A DNA stretch of 28,293 nucleotides from a virus (taxonomy: Duplodnaviria; Caudoviricetes), in the IMG/VR virus record IMGVR_UViG_3300048577_000235, positions 1 through 28,293 of that record; one strand, given 5' to 3'. Under the pieces are notes generated by a model. The model saw only the letters and a list, made by a program, of their open reading frames with translations, had not been told where the DNA came from and ran no database searches. Shown here piece by piece: positions 8,491 to 16,711 of this stretch. Each line of letters begins with the position of its first letter. The first letter of the stretch is position 1. The position numbers and the translations under genes were made by a program.

Positions 8491-9956
8491 CGAAACCCCC
8501 GAAACAGGTTGCCGGCCGTGTAGGGCATACCAGTGGTCACCGTGAACGGCTCGTATTGGATGGTCTTGACCGCGAACACGGCCAGGGCAGCGGCCACGCC
8601 GGCGTCGCCGTGGCGTTTCTCGCCCTTGGCCCCGGTGCGGGCCTCGGGGATTTTGGCGACGCCCTTCACGACCTTGAAGGCGCGCAGATCATCCAAAATG
8701 AGCGCATCCCTCGGGGCCACGAAGGTCTTGTCCTCGAACACGGCCTTGAGCTTGGGCATGTGCTCCCGGTACCAGCCCTCGGTCAGCATGACCTCCTGGA
8801 TGATCTCCGGGCCGTAGGCCTGGCGGGCCACCTCGGCCAGGTACTGGCCGTTGCCGCGCGCATCGAGGGCCGCGCCGGAGAACCGGGGCAGTCGGTCGCA
8901 GATGAAAAAGAGCATCTGTCGCTGTTGGTGAAACGGGCAATTGCGCAGTTCCAGCACGAACGGCGTCACCAGTTGCAGGTTGGGCATTTCCAGCACGGGC
9001 CAGTCGACGCTCAAGTCGCCGGTGCGGCCGAAGTCCTCGCCCAGGTAAGCCCGGGAGTCGCGGTGCAGGATGGCCAGGATCGGCCCCAGCTCGGCGTCGA
9101 GCCAATCCCGGACCTCGCGGTGGCGGCGATCCTCGGGCCAGTCCACGAAATCGACGGCCGGCGGCGACCAGCGCAGCACCGGAATGTCCGGCGACATGCA
9201 CGATTCGATCATCTGGCGAGTCAGATAGGTGCCCGTGCCCTGGGACGGGATGCAGAACAGTTCTTCATCCGCGCCTTCGCCGTAGAATTCGATCAGGCTG
9301 GCCCGCCAGGCGGCTTCCTCCTCGGGCGACCAGGTCAGGCCACGCACCTGGCAGATGCGTTGATAGAGGCCTTCGGCCAGGGCGTCGTCGAGGGTGATGC
9401 GGTGCAGGCTGTAGGGCAGCTTGCCGGCGCGGATGTCCAGGATGTAGTTGTTGAAGGGATTGGTCTCGCCGTTGTGGGTGGAAATCACTTCCACCATGCC
9501 GCCCCACATGGTCAGGGCGATGGCGGCTTTCAAGAGCTCTTCCAGATCGTCGCAAAAGGCGGCCTCGTCGATGACGATGCGGCCTTGCTTGGAGCGCAGG
9601 TTCTTCGGCTTGCCCGAAAGCGCGATAACGGCCTGGCCCGAGGCGAAGCGCACCCGGTAGGCCAGCACGTCCTTGTCCTCATCCTCCAGGACCACCTCTT
9701 CGAACTCCGAGGCCGCCAGATTGAGGCGCTTGGCCCAATCGGCCACATCCTTGATGTAGGTCTCGGTCATCTCCTTGTTGTAGGAGATATAAAAGGTGTT
9801 CATGCCGCCGTCGCTCTTCTTGAGGCTGGCCAGCATGGCGGCTTCGGCCGCGTCGGCATAGGACAGGCCGATGCGCCGGGACTTCTCGCAGAACTTGACC
9901 GGGTTGCGATCCTGGTTCCAACGCACCTGATACGGCAACAGCGGGGCGTCGTTCAT
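8487..9956 (-). CDS. Terminase large subunit (Mu gp28-like)
   Basis: LLPYQ, EKSRRIGLS (Walker A-like), IVIDEAAF (Walker B), GEDFGRTGDLS nuclease motif, HGD. Confidence 0.93.
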   Translation of the reverse strand: MNDAPLLPYQVRWNQDRNPVKFCEKSRRIGLSYADAAEAAMLASLKKSDGGMNTFYISYNKEMTETYIKDVADWAKRLNLAASEFEEVVLEDEDKDVLAYRVRFASGQAVIALSGKPKNLRSKQGRIVIDEAAFCDDLEELLKAAIALTMWGGMVEVISTHNGETNPFNNYILDIRAGKLPYSLHRITLDDALAEGLYQRICQVRGLTWSPEEEAAWRASLIEFYGEGADEELFCIPSQGTGTYLTRQMIESCMSPDIPVLRWSPPAVDFVDWPEDRRHREVRDWLDAELGPILAILHRDSRAYLGEDFGRTGDLSVDWPVLEMPNLQLVTPFVLELRNCPFHQQRQMLFFICDRLPRFSGAALDARGNGQYLAEVARQAYGPEIIQEVMLTEGWYREHMPKLKAVFEDKTFVAPRDALILDDLRAFKVVKGVAKIPEARTGAKGEKRHGDAGVAAALAVFAVKTIQYEPFTVTTGMPYTAGNLFRGFR

Positions 9957-10564
9957 GCCTGCCCCCCGAGCAAGGCGCGCAGCCGGTCGGCGGTGTCGGC
10001 GGACAGGCCGTTTTCCCGGCCCGGCGTCTTCTCGGCGGCCGCGCCAGCGGCAGCCCGCATGTCCTTGAGCAGATCGAGCACCTGCTTGACCTCGCGAAGC
10101 GCGGTCAAGGTCACCTTGTCCGGGCTGGCCAGCATGGCGTTAAGCCGCAGACCCACGGCTTCCTCCAGGGCGGCCACGGCGTCGGCTTCTGTGGCGATCT
10201 CGCGCATGGCCAGGCCGACCGGCGCGGCCTCGGCCCGCTTGTCCGACAGTTCAGCCGCCTTGATGGCCATCTCTTCCATCTTGGCCACGGCAAAGGCGTC
10301 CATGGCGTTCATGCTGGCCAGGCAGTTCTGGATGAGCCGGGCGCGCAGCCGGATGGTGTCGGCCCGGATGGACGCCAGGGCCTGCCGGATTTCATCGCGC
10401 TTGGCACGCCAGCCATACCGCTCGGCCCATCGCTTGAGGGTCGAGGCGGCCACCCGGGTGCGCGTCGCCACCTCGTCAAACGTGAGGCCGTCCACGCACC
10501 ACAGTTCTTCGGCGCGCTCCACGGTCTCCATGGGATGTTCCCGGCGTCCGGCCACGGCGGGCAT
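9953..10564 (-). CDS. Putative terminase small subunit / HTH DNA-packaging protein
   Basis: N-terminal HTH (GLTFDEVATRTRVAASTLKRWAERYGW); C-terminal GLSADTADRLR as in Mu gp27-like proteins; overlaps terL start. Confidence 0.7.
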   Translation of the reverse strand: MPAVAGRREHPMETVERAEELWCVDGLTFDEVATRTRVAASTLKRWAERYGWRAKRDEIRQALASIRADTIRLRARLIQNCLASMNAMDAFAVAKMEEMAIKAAELSDKRAEAAPVGLAMREIATEADAVAALEEAVGLRLNAMLASPDKVTLTALREVKQVLDLLKDMRAAAGAAAEKTPGRENGLSADTADRLRALLGGQA

Positions 10565-10567
10565 GGG

Positions 10568-10813
10568 TCAGCTCCCCAGGTGCTTGTTGATGGCCGCGAT
10601 CTCGGCACGGACGGCCCGCAGCCCGATCACGGTTTCGGCCAGCTCCAGGGCCTGGGAGGCGATGCGCTCGTCATTGAGCTCTTCCACCGGGGTGGTGAGC
10701 AGCAAGCTCAAGCGCAGGGAGTCCCGCAGGCCCGACGCCTTGATGGCCAGGCCCTTGGCCGTGAGCTCTTTTTCGGTCTTCTGGCCGACCATGGCCGCGC
10801 GTTCGAGGTTCAT
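10568..10813 (-). CDS. Hypothetical helical protein (81 aa)
   Basis: ATG 10813 coupled by TGATG to the upstream stop; GAGGAG upstream. Confidence 0.7.
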   Translation of the reverse strand: MNLERAAMVGQKTEKELTAKGLAIKASGLRDSLRLSLLLTTPVEELNDERIASQALELAETVIGLRAVRAEIAAINKHLGS

Positions 10814-11223
10814 CACAGTCCGCTCCTCATGGGGCTTTCGCCCTTGGCAATGCGCCCCAACGGGCAAAACTGGTTGGTGCAAATGGCGTCCACCATGCGC
10901 TGCATGACTTGCGTGTTCAGCACGACCTGGTCGTGTAGGCTCGCGGCCAGGGATTGGTAGCCCTCGACCAGTTTGACGTTGTCCTTGTAATAGGCGGTCA
11001 CCAGCCGCAGGTCGTCGCCGTAGGTCTTGAGCAGGTTGTCCATGTCCTGGCGATACCGGGCCAAGTCGGTTCGCCGGCGGCGATCCTCGACCTGCCAGAA
11101 GACCACGATGAGCAGCACAAGCCCCATGGGCGTGAGCGTGACAAGGCCTGCCACAAACGCGATCGTGCCTGCGTCCATGGCCGACAGGATTTTCAGCAGG
11201 GTCGCCGCCAGCGATTGATCCAT
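10813..11223 (-). CDS. Membrane-anchored coiled-coil protein of the lysis/packaging region
   Basis: ATG 11223 with GAGG; hydrophobic N-terminus followed by RRRR and a coiled coil. Confidence 0.65.
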   Translation of the reverse strand: MDQSLAATLLKILSAMDAGTIAFVAGLVTLTPMGLVLLIVVFWQVEDRRRRTDLARYRQDMDNLLKTYGDDLRLVTAYYKDNVKLVEGYQSLAASLHDQVVLNTQVMQRMVDAICTNQFCPLGRIAKGESPMRSGL

Positions 11224-11224
11224 G

Positions 11225-11629
11225 TTACGCCTCGATCCGCCGGCCGCCCTTGATGGTGCGGGCGGCGATGTAGATGCCGGCCACGCCGGCGATGCACACC
11301 TGGGTAATGGGCGACAGCTCAAACCCGATGGGGTGCTGGACGGCCAGGGTGGCCACGGTGCCGATCATGGTCCAAAAGCGGCTGGACGTGAGCAGCGGTT
11401 CCCGTTCGAGGGGCGAAGCTGTCAACGTGGTGATGACCTGGCCGGCATATTCACCGAGCTTTTCGGCGGCAACAGGCTGCGACGAGGGCATGGCTTGCGG
11501 TGGGGGGGCGGTCGGGGCGGCAAAGGTCTTGGCAACCTCGCCCAAAATTGCCAAGGCCGAGGCGATGGTCTCCGGGGTGAGAGCGGCGGGGACCGAAGCG
11601 GCCGGCTGCGGTTGTTTCTGCTCGTCCAT
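11225..11629 (-). CDS. Putative holin
   Basis: ATG 11629 with AAGGAG; two C-terminal hydrophobic helices after SSRFW; basic C-tail; downstream of endolysin. Confidence 0.55.
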   Translation of the reverse strand: MDEQKQPQPAASVPAALTPETIASALAILGEVAKTFAAPTAPPPQAMPSSQPVAAEKLGEYAGQVITTLTASPLEREPLLTSSRFWTMIGTVATLAVQHPIGFELSPITQVCIAGVAGIYIAARTIKGGRRIEA

Positions 11630-11790
11630 CACAAGTTCTGCTCCTTTGGTTGTTGTGCGTCCGGGGCACACCGTCCCGGGCACTCGGTGTCGCCCACTTG
11701 GGTTCCCATGCACTGATGCGGCCCGGGGCCGATAAGCCGAAAGAGGCAGCCCTGGCACTGGCCGCTCTGAGCAGCTTCCTGGATGGTCAC
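11629..11790 (-). CDS. Small Cys-rich hypothetical protein (53 aa)
   Basis: GTG 11790 overlaps the endolysin stop (GTGA) and its stop overlaps the next ATG; CQGC...C...CPGRC. Confidence 0.5.
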   Translation of the reverse strand: MTIQEAAQSGQCQGCLFRLIGPGPHQCMGTQVGDTECPGRCAPDAQQPKEQNL

Positions 11791-12647
11791 AGCACCACCC
11801 CGTTGACCTTGGTCGGCCACTGGCCGGTCAGCAGCATTTGTTCGATGCGCCCGACGCGGGCAGGCGTCTGGCGCGCCCACCTGGAAGCCTCCAGATTGCG
11901 CACGGCGCCCTCAAAATCGTGGGCACGGAGACAGGCGATGGTGGCGCGAAACTTTGCCGCGCTGCCGACGCCGAGCTGGTAGACGCCGGCGATGTAAACG
12001 GCCTGGCGCACCGCATCGAATTCATCGTCCCAGAGGGGCCAATGCGCTTCCAGTTCGGCGATGGTGGCGGCTACCTCGGCACGCAAGGCCTTGTCGGCCT
12101 GCTCGACAGTCCAGGTAAGGTTTTGGGCGACGCTGGCGGGGACGCCATGGGCGGTCAGGTTGTAGCCGTGGCCGATGTCCCAGACTTGTCCGATCGGGTC
12201 CCAATGTCCCTTGAGGACTAAACCCTCCTCCGCTTTGAGCCAGGCAATGGTCTTTTCGAGACCCGGTCCACCGTTGGCGAGGGATAAAGCGGGGCAGGAG
12301 GTCGTGACCGGATGCGGAGAGACAGCCAAGGAAGACGCCAGTTGCTGCCCGTTCGCCGGTTCGTCAATCTCAAACCGGGTAAGATCGCTGAAGAAACGGA
12401 AATCGCCGCTCCACCGGATGACGATTCCCATTTCCTGGGCTGCCAGCCGAAACGCTTCCGCGATGGCCTGGAATTTGGGTGCCGTGAGTTGGTCCGGGTG
12501 GGGCGCGACGGCCAAGCAAAGGCCGGCCCCGGTGGTGACCGTGAAATCTTGCGTCGAGAGTTCCAGCGCCCGCGCTGCGACAGCCTGCAATGCTGGGTGG
12601 CAGCTTGCCAGCACGGCACGTGACAGCTTGCCGAAAACGAAACCCAT
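11787..12647 (-). CDS. Endolysin: degenerate M15 peptidase-like N-domain plus T4-type (GH24) lysozyme
   Basis: EEGLVLKGHWD..IGHG and SRWARQTPARVGR match T4 lysozyme; N-terminus resembles T5-type L-Ala-D-Glu peptidase; AAGGAGG RBS. Confidence 0.85.
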   Translation of the reverse strand: MGFVFGKLSRAVLASCHPALQAVAARALELSTQDFTVTTGAGLCLAVAPHPDQLTAPKFQAIAEAFRLAAQEMGIVIRWSGDFRFFSDLTRFEIDEPANGQQLASSLAVSPHPVTTSCPALSLANGGPGLEKTIAWLKAEEGLVLKGHWDPIGQVWDIGHGYNLTAHGVPASVAQNLTWTVEQADKALRAEVAATIAELEAHWPLWDDEFDAVRQAVYIAGVYQLGVGSAAKFRATIACLRAHDFEGAVRNLEASRWARQTPARVGRIEQMLLTGQWPTKVNGVVL

Positions 12648-12700
12648 ACGCGCCTCCTTGTCGGGGTCTGGCCCATGCCGCTCACCCCAAGAATGAGCGG

Positions 12701-12758
12701 ATCATAAGCCAGTCGATACCGTCTGTCTGGAGCGGTACGGACGTTCACGGACACAATT
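12701..12758 (-). promoter_or_regulatory. Putative late (lysis) promoter
   Basis: Tandem ACGGAC motif at 12736-12758, then 29 nt, then TATGAT -10 (12706-12701) on the minus strand. Confidence 0.55.
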
Positions 12759-12766
12759 TGCCTGTG

Positions 12767-13168
12767 TCATTTGGCAGGCTGCACCAACCCGCGCTGCACC
12801 ATCTCGTCACCGACGTTGCCGCCATCGTCTTCAATGGCGGATGTCCGCGAAAACTTCGTCGCCCCTCCCCGCAAGGTCACAATCGTGCCCTTTGGCAGGC
12901 GAGCGGCCAGCCAGTCGCGCGCCAGCTCGCCCATCGCTTGTGTTTCCGGGTCGCCGGAGAGGGGATCAGGGGCCGCGACACGGGCCACCCGGACCAACAC
13001 GGGTACAAGGACCACAACCGAATCGCCGCTTATGACTTGGGCGACCACGGCCGTGTCGCCCTCTTCGAGGCGAGAACGGAGTTTGCACCCCTGGCGAATT
13101 TCGATGACGAAGACCGCCCCCCAGGCCAACAGAAAGGCCAGGCTACAGGCAGACGACCACCACTTCAT
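12767..13168 (-). CDS. Thermonuclease (SNase)-like protein with N-terminal membrane anchor, degenerate active site
   Basis: VISGDS, VRVARVAAPD, GELARDWL, KFSR and VGDEMVQRGL follow the SNase pattern; ATG 13168 with AAGGAGG. Confidence 0.7.
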   Translation of the reverse strand: MKWWSSACSLAFLLAWGAVFVIEIRQGCKLRSRLEEGDTAVVAQVISGDSVVVLVPVLVRVARVAAPDPLSGDPETQAMGELARDWLAARLPKGTIVTLRGGATKFSRTSAIEDDGGNVGDEMVQRGLVQPAK

Positions 13169-13248
13169 ATACGCCTCCTTGGCGAATTGGATGGCGCTGT
13201 TTTCGCTCACAAGAGGGGGAATGCGGAGGGCGGCGCGGACGGGGGCGG

Positions 13249-13277
13249 AAAGAAAAAGGGTGGCCTGAAAGCCACCC
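13249..13277 (-). terminator. Intrinsic terminator after the lipoprotein pair
   Basis: GGGTGGC-6 nt-GCCACCC hairpin followed by TTTTTCTTT on the minus strand. Confidence 0.75.
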
Positions 13278-13302
13278 CCAAAGCCTGTCCTGGAAGATAA
13301 AC

Positions 13303-13899
13303 CTATTGCAAGGCAAAGACCTTTATGGAGTTCAGCATGGATTCAACTCGCGGGCTGCCATCGGGTAATGAGACATCAAACGATAATATTTGCTTTCCGT
13401 TCTTGGTATTGACAAGGTAAGTCACTGGAGTTCCTTCCCCCGATGAATAGATGCAGAGCACATCCGTTGACGAGTTCGGCTGAGGAACTGACGAGTAACT
13501 TCCTTCTGTTAGTTCAGTGTGTTTGTATATATTGCTATTTTTTATCGTTACATATTCATATTTATATGCATCGTATGCGGTTTGTGCCACATAATCAATT
13601 CTGTCTTTTGCGGCCATCGAAGCAGTGTCGCGTCCTTTCTTCGCCTCGCGCAGGGTTATGTCGTTAATTACACTTTCTTTTGTTGGGATTGACACAAGTA
13701 GTGTCTTTTCGACAAGCGGAGACGGGAGTGGTCTGACCAAGGAAGAAAGGTTTGCGTGGTAGGAGTTTTCGGCCTGCAATGCTTCAAGCTTGTTGCTGTA
13801 TGCGACGTTGTTGAATGTGTATTTATTGGTCGTAACGCACCCAGGTATAATGCTCACGAGTGCGAGAGCGGCGACCAAGACAGACGATTTTTTAATCAT
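13303..13899 (-). CDS. Lipoprotein, hypothetical (low-GC moron)
   Basis: MIKKSSVLVAALALVSIIPG-C lipobox-type signal; AT-rich DNA. Confidence 0.75.
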   Translation of the reverse strand: MIKKSSVLVAALALVSIIPGCVTTNKYTFNNVAYSNKLEALQAENSYHANLSSLVRPLPSPLVEKTLLVSIPTKESVINDITLREAKKGRDTASMAAKDRIDYVAQTAYDAYKYEYVTIKNSNIYKHTELTEGSYSSVPQPNSSTDVLCIYSSGEGTPVTYLVNTKNGKQILSFDVSLPDGSPRVESMLNSIKVFALQ

Positions 13900-14365
13900 T
13901 TAATTCTTCTCCATTGGCTTTAGTGCAGACGGATCGGTCGATGACTATGGCTGGATTATCTCCTATTTTACACCTGACCTTGTTTTCTTGCGCAGCTATT
14001 ACTTGATTTTCATCTTTCTTGCCTTTAGGTTTTCTGCTCTTGTTTGCCTTGTCGGCGTCTATTGATTTTTTCTCTAGAGACACTTCTTCTCGTGCCTCTT
14101 TCTTCGCCTTTTCTATTTCTTCCTTGACTTGTTCTTTTAACGTTTTTTCTTGGGATATATGTAGTGCAACCGCATTTTGAGCGATGAGAGCCTGCTGTTG
14201 AGCATTTGCTATTTCCTGTTGACGGATCATCTCTTGGCGCTGAGCGATGGCTGCTGAAGTGTTAACAATGCCAACAGCCCTATCGAAAGCTACAAGTTGT
14301 TGATGGGTGCATCCCGCCGGACCAAGGAAGATGCATATTGAAAGCAGAATTTTGGAAACCCGCAT
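13892..14365 (-). CDS. Lipoprotein, hypothetical, coiled-coil (low-GC moron)
   Basis: MRVSKILLSICIFLGPAG-C signal; Q/E/K-rich helix; C-terminal Cys pair; GGGAGG RBS. Confidence 0.75.
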   Translation of the reverse strand: MRVSKILLSICIFLGPAGCTHQQLVAFDRAVGIVNTSAAIAQRQEMIRQQEIANAQQQALIAQNAVALHISQEKTLKEQVKEEIEKAKKEAREEVSLEKKSIDADKANKSRKPKGKKDENQVIAAQENKVRCKIGDNPAIVIDRSVCTKANGEELND

Positions 14366-14443
14366 ATGCCCCTCCCGCTTTCTGTGACTCTTATCGAATA
14401 TCGCCCAGCGAGTAAACGGCCGTTGAGTATGATATGTACTTCG

Positions 14444-14902
14444 TTAAGAAAAGAGCACCCCCGCCCGCGCCAACTCCCGCCGCACACTCTCCGCCGTTAC
14501 CCTGGCCGGAGGCGAATCCGGGTGCTTGGTCAATCGGCCTTCTTCAATCATATCCCAAACCCGAGTGCGACAAATGGAAAGAATGAACTCCACTTCGGGG
14601 ATGGTCAGAAGTGCCTTCTTCGTGACCAGTTCCTGGGCAGAAATGGCCGGGAGCTGCGCGTAGATGAGCTTTTTGGTCCGGAATGTGACAGGCAAAACCA
14701 GCTCGAACCCTACGGGATCGACTACACTGCACCGTTTCGGGCAGCCCACGCACACAAACCGCCGATCACGGGTAAACCAGCGCGGTTTCCGTTTCGCTCC
14801 ACAACCCAGGGAAGTATACGCGGAACCTTCCACGTGTCCCATATAGGGCAGATAGCCCTTGGCCAGCAGCGCCAGCACGTCATCCACAACACTCATGGTC
14901 AT
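14444..14902 (-). CDS. Cys-rich plus Xis/HTH_17-like DNA-binding protein (candidate late activator)
   Basis: C..CVGCPKRC; LLTIPEVEFILSICRTRVWDMIEEGRL is HTH_17-like; last gene before the late region. Start may be 14896. Confidence 0.7.
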   Translation of the reverse strand: MTMSVVDDVLALLAKGYLPYMGHVEGSAYTSLGCGAKRKPRWFTRDRRFVCVGCPKRCSVVDPVGFELVLPVTFRTKKLIYAQLPAISAQELVTKKALLTIPEVEFILSICRTRVWDMIEEGRLTKHPDSPPARVTAESVRRELARAGVLFS

Positions 14903-15321
14903 CACCCCCTTATGGTGTCCAGGGCCACCGGCTCGTCACGACCGACCACAGGAGCCCACCACCGCCCGTCGATGCCCAGGATCGGCGCGCCGGCCAGGAA
15001 AGTCCGCTCGTAGAGCGGCTTTCCGTCGAGGCCAAAGCGCCCTGTCGGCACGGCCACCCGGTCACGGCGACGGAAACGCGGATTTTGCGCGTCTTGGAGC
15101 GGCTCCCGGCCCGTCACCAGCCGGAACAGCAAACCCATCAACCCGGCCGGCGTGAAAAATTCGTGTCGCTCGCCGCCCGGGCCGTGCCAACACCCATCCA
15201 GGCGCAGACGCCAGGTGTCGGCCGGCCCACCCCATTGCGCGGCGGAAAAGAGTTCCAGCTTGACCGTGTTGCCCTGGTTTCGGAGCAAAATCGTTGTCGA
15301 TTTTCGGCGTTTCTCGCTCAT
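14902..15321 (-). CDS. Hypothetical phage protein
   Basis: Tightly packed operon ORF with phage-like codon usage. Confidence 0.7.
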   Translation of the reverse strand: MSEKRRKSTTILLRNQGNTVKLELFSAAQWGGPADTWRLRLDGCWHGPGGERHEFFTPAGLMGLLFRLVTGREPLQDAQNPRFRRRDRVAVPTGRFGLDGKPLYERTFLAGAPILGIDGRWWAPVVGRDEPVALDTIRG

Positions 15322-15322
15322 A

Positions 15323-15691
15323 TCAACCAACTTGAGATAACGCGGCGGCCGCGTGCAGGGCGGCCACTTCCGCCGCTTGCCGTTCCCACAGAACCCGGCA
15401 GGCTTTGCAACGCCGCTTGTCCGTGCGGCGGCATCTGGAGCAGCCCACCCGCTCCAGGGCAGCGTAAATCGCCGTCAACGAGGGTGGTTCGGCTCCACTC
15501 CCGGCCGGCGGCGTGTCGGCCAGGGCCGCCCGGATGCGCGCTGTCTGACGGGCCACATTGCCGGGGTAGCGCCCGGCCAGGAGTTGCAGCACGACGCTTT
15601 TGGTGATGCCCGTCGCCTTGCAGTACGCGTAGATGCTTCGATGACGGGCCAGGATGGCGGCCCGCAACGCCTCGCGTTCGTCCGGCCCCAT
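15323..15691 (-). CDS. HTH-like protein with C-terminal Cys cluster
   Basis: SIYAYCKATGITKSVVLQLLAGRYPG resembles an HTH; CSRC..RCKAC. Confidence 0.7.
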   Translation of the reverse strand: MGPDEREALRAAILARHRSIYAYCKATGITKSVVLQLLAGRYPGNVARQTARIRAALADTPPAGSGAEPPSLTAIYAALERVGCSRCRRTDKRRCKACRVLWERQAAEVAALHAAAALSQVG

Positions 15692-15694
15692 GCG

Positions 15695-16255
15695 TCATGC
15701 CGTTGCCTGGGCGCGGTTGTCGGTCGGCTCGCCGGACGGTTCCGGATCAATGCCGGCCCGGCGACAGCGGCTCCACATGTCCTTAGCCAGGGTGGCCAGG
15801 GCCGCCTGGTCGGTCAGCCAGACGAACCGCTCGACGCCGAACTGCTTGGACACCCGGGCGTCCAGGCTTTTGGGCTCGTAGCCAAGCAGACACCACAGCA
15901 TGAGGATATACTTCTTCTGCCGAGCCAGCGGCCCGGGGGGGATGTCCAGGCGCTCGTAGCCGTCGGCCTTGTCGCCCTTGCGCCAGTTGTGCAGGCGCTT
16001 GGGCAAAAGCGGGATGTCCACGGCCGCATGGTTCGGGAGCCACTGCCTGGCCAGGGCATCAAGCACCTGGTTGCGTTGCGACAGGGTCAGCTTCGACCAG
16101 GACGCGGCCTGGCCGCCGAGGATGCGGCCGAACATTTCAATCAACAAATCCCGGTCGGTTTCGTAAGACAGCGTTGTGGCCTTCAGGAGCGTTCCGAAAA
16201 AGACCTTGCTTTGCATGTTGTAGATGGCCGCACAGGAGACAGTTTGTTTTCCCAT
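15695..16255 (-). CDS. GemA / gp16 (DUF1018)-like protein
   Basis: SWSKLT..Q..QVLDAL, QKKYILMLW and LDARVSKQFGVERFVWLT fit DUF1018; start ATG 16255 is inferred. Confidence 0.7.
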   Translation of the reverse strand: MGKQTVSCAAIYNMQSKVFFGTLLKATTLSYETDRDLLIEMFGRILGGQAASWSKLTLSQRNQVLDALARQWLPNHAAVDIPLLPKRLHNWRKGDKADGYERLDIPPGPLARQKKYILMLWCLLGYEPKSLDARVSKQFGVERFVWLTDQAALATLAKDMWSRCRRAGIDPEPSGEPTDNRAQATA

Positions 16256-16269
16256 GGTCCTATCATTCC

Positions 16270-16506
16270 TTATTGGTTTGCCCCGAGCACACGGATCGGG
16301 TCGCCACGCCGGCAATTGGCCATGGCCACGATGCGGCACTGGCGTTCGCAGCCCGGACAGACAGGGCCTTCCGGCCCCTGCCAAACATGGTAGTAGCCCG
16401 GTCGTTTGCAGCGCTTGAAGCCCGGTTCCGCCTCCAAGACCTTGTGTCCAGGCAGCGTGTCGACGACGGACAGCCAATACCCGGTGCCGGCAGTGCGCTT
16501 AGCCAT
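16270..16506 (-). CDS. Hypothetical protein with CxxC
   Basis: AAGGAAG upstream; overlaps the previous gene's stop; VCPGC. Confidence 0.55.
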   Translation of the reverse strand: MAKRTAGTGYWLSVVDTLPGHKVLEAEPGFKRCKRPGYYHVWQGPEGPVCPGCERQCRIVAMANCRRGDPIRVLGANQ

Positions 16507-16702
16507 CGGTCAACTTCCTTTGCACGGGCTTGCTCACGGCGGCATTCAGCGCCCGGGCGCACACCTTGGCCATGGCCGGCGCGGCCTCGGCGTTGCCGGG
16601 ATCATTCAGGAAAAAAGCCACCAGTCTGTTGCCCTTGGCCGAGTCGAAAATGCCGGCCCGGCCCCGGACGGCCTTGTCGTCAGCATAGAAACGCTCGGAC
16701 AT
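16499..16702 (-). CDS. Hypothetical phage protein (67 aa)
   Basis: AGGAGG RBS; operon packing. Confidence 0.7.
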   Translation of the reverse strand: MSERFYADDKAVRGRAGIFDSAKGNRLVAFFLNDPGNAEAAPAMAKVCARALNAAVSKPVQRKLTDG

Positions 16703-16711
16703 GCCAGCCTC

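Noticed and set aside
13484-13502. Other CTGANGA occurrences (13488, ~24054 on minus, ~26200) as additional hammerheads
   Set aside because: No properly placed GAAA, cleavage triplet and stems; two lie inside coding sequence.
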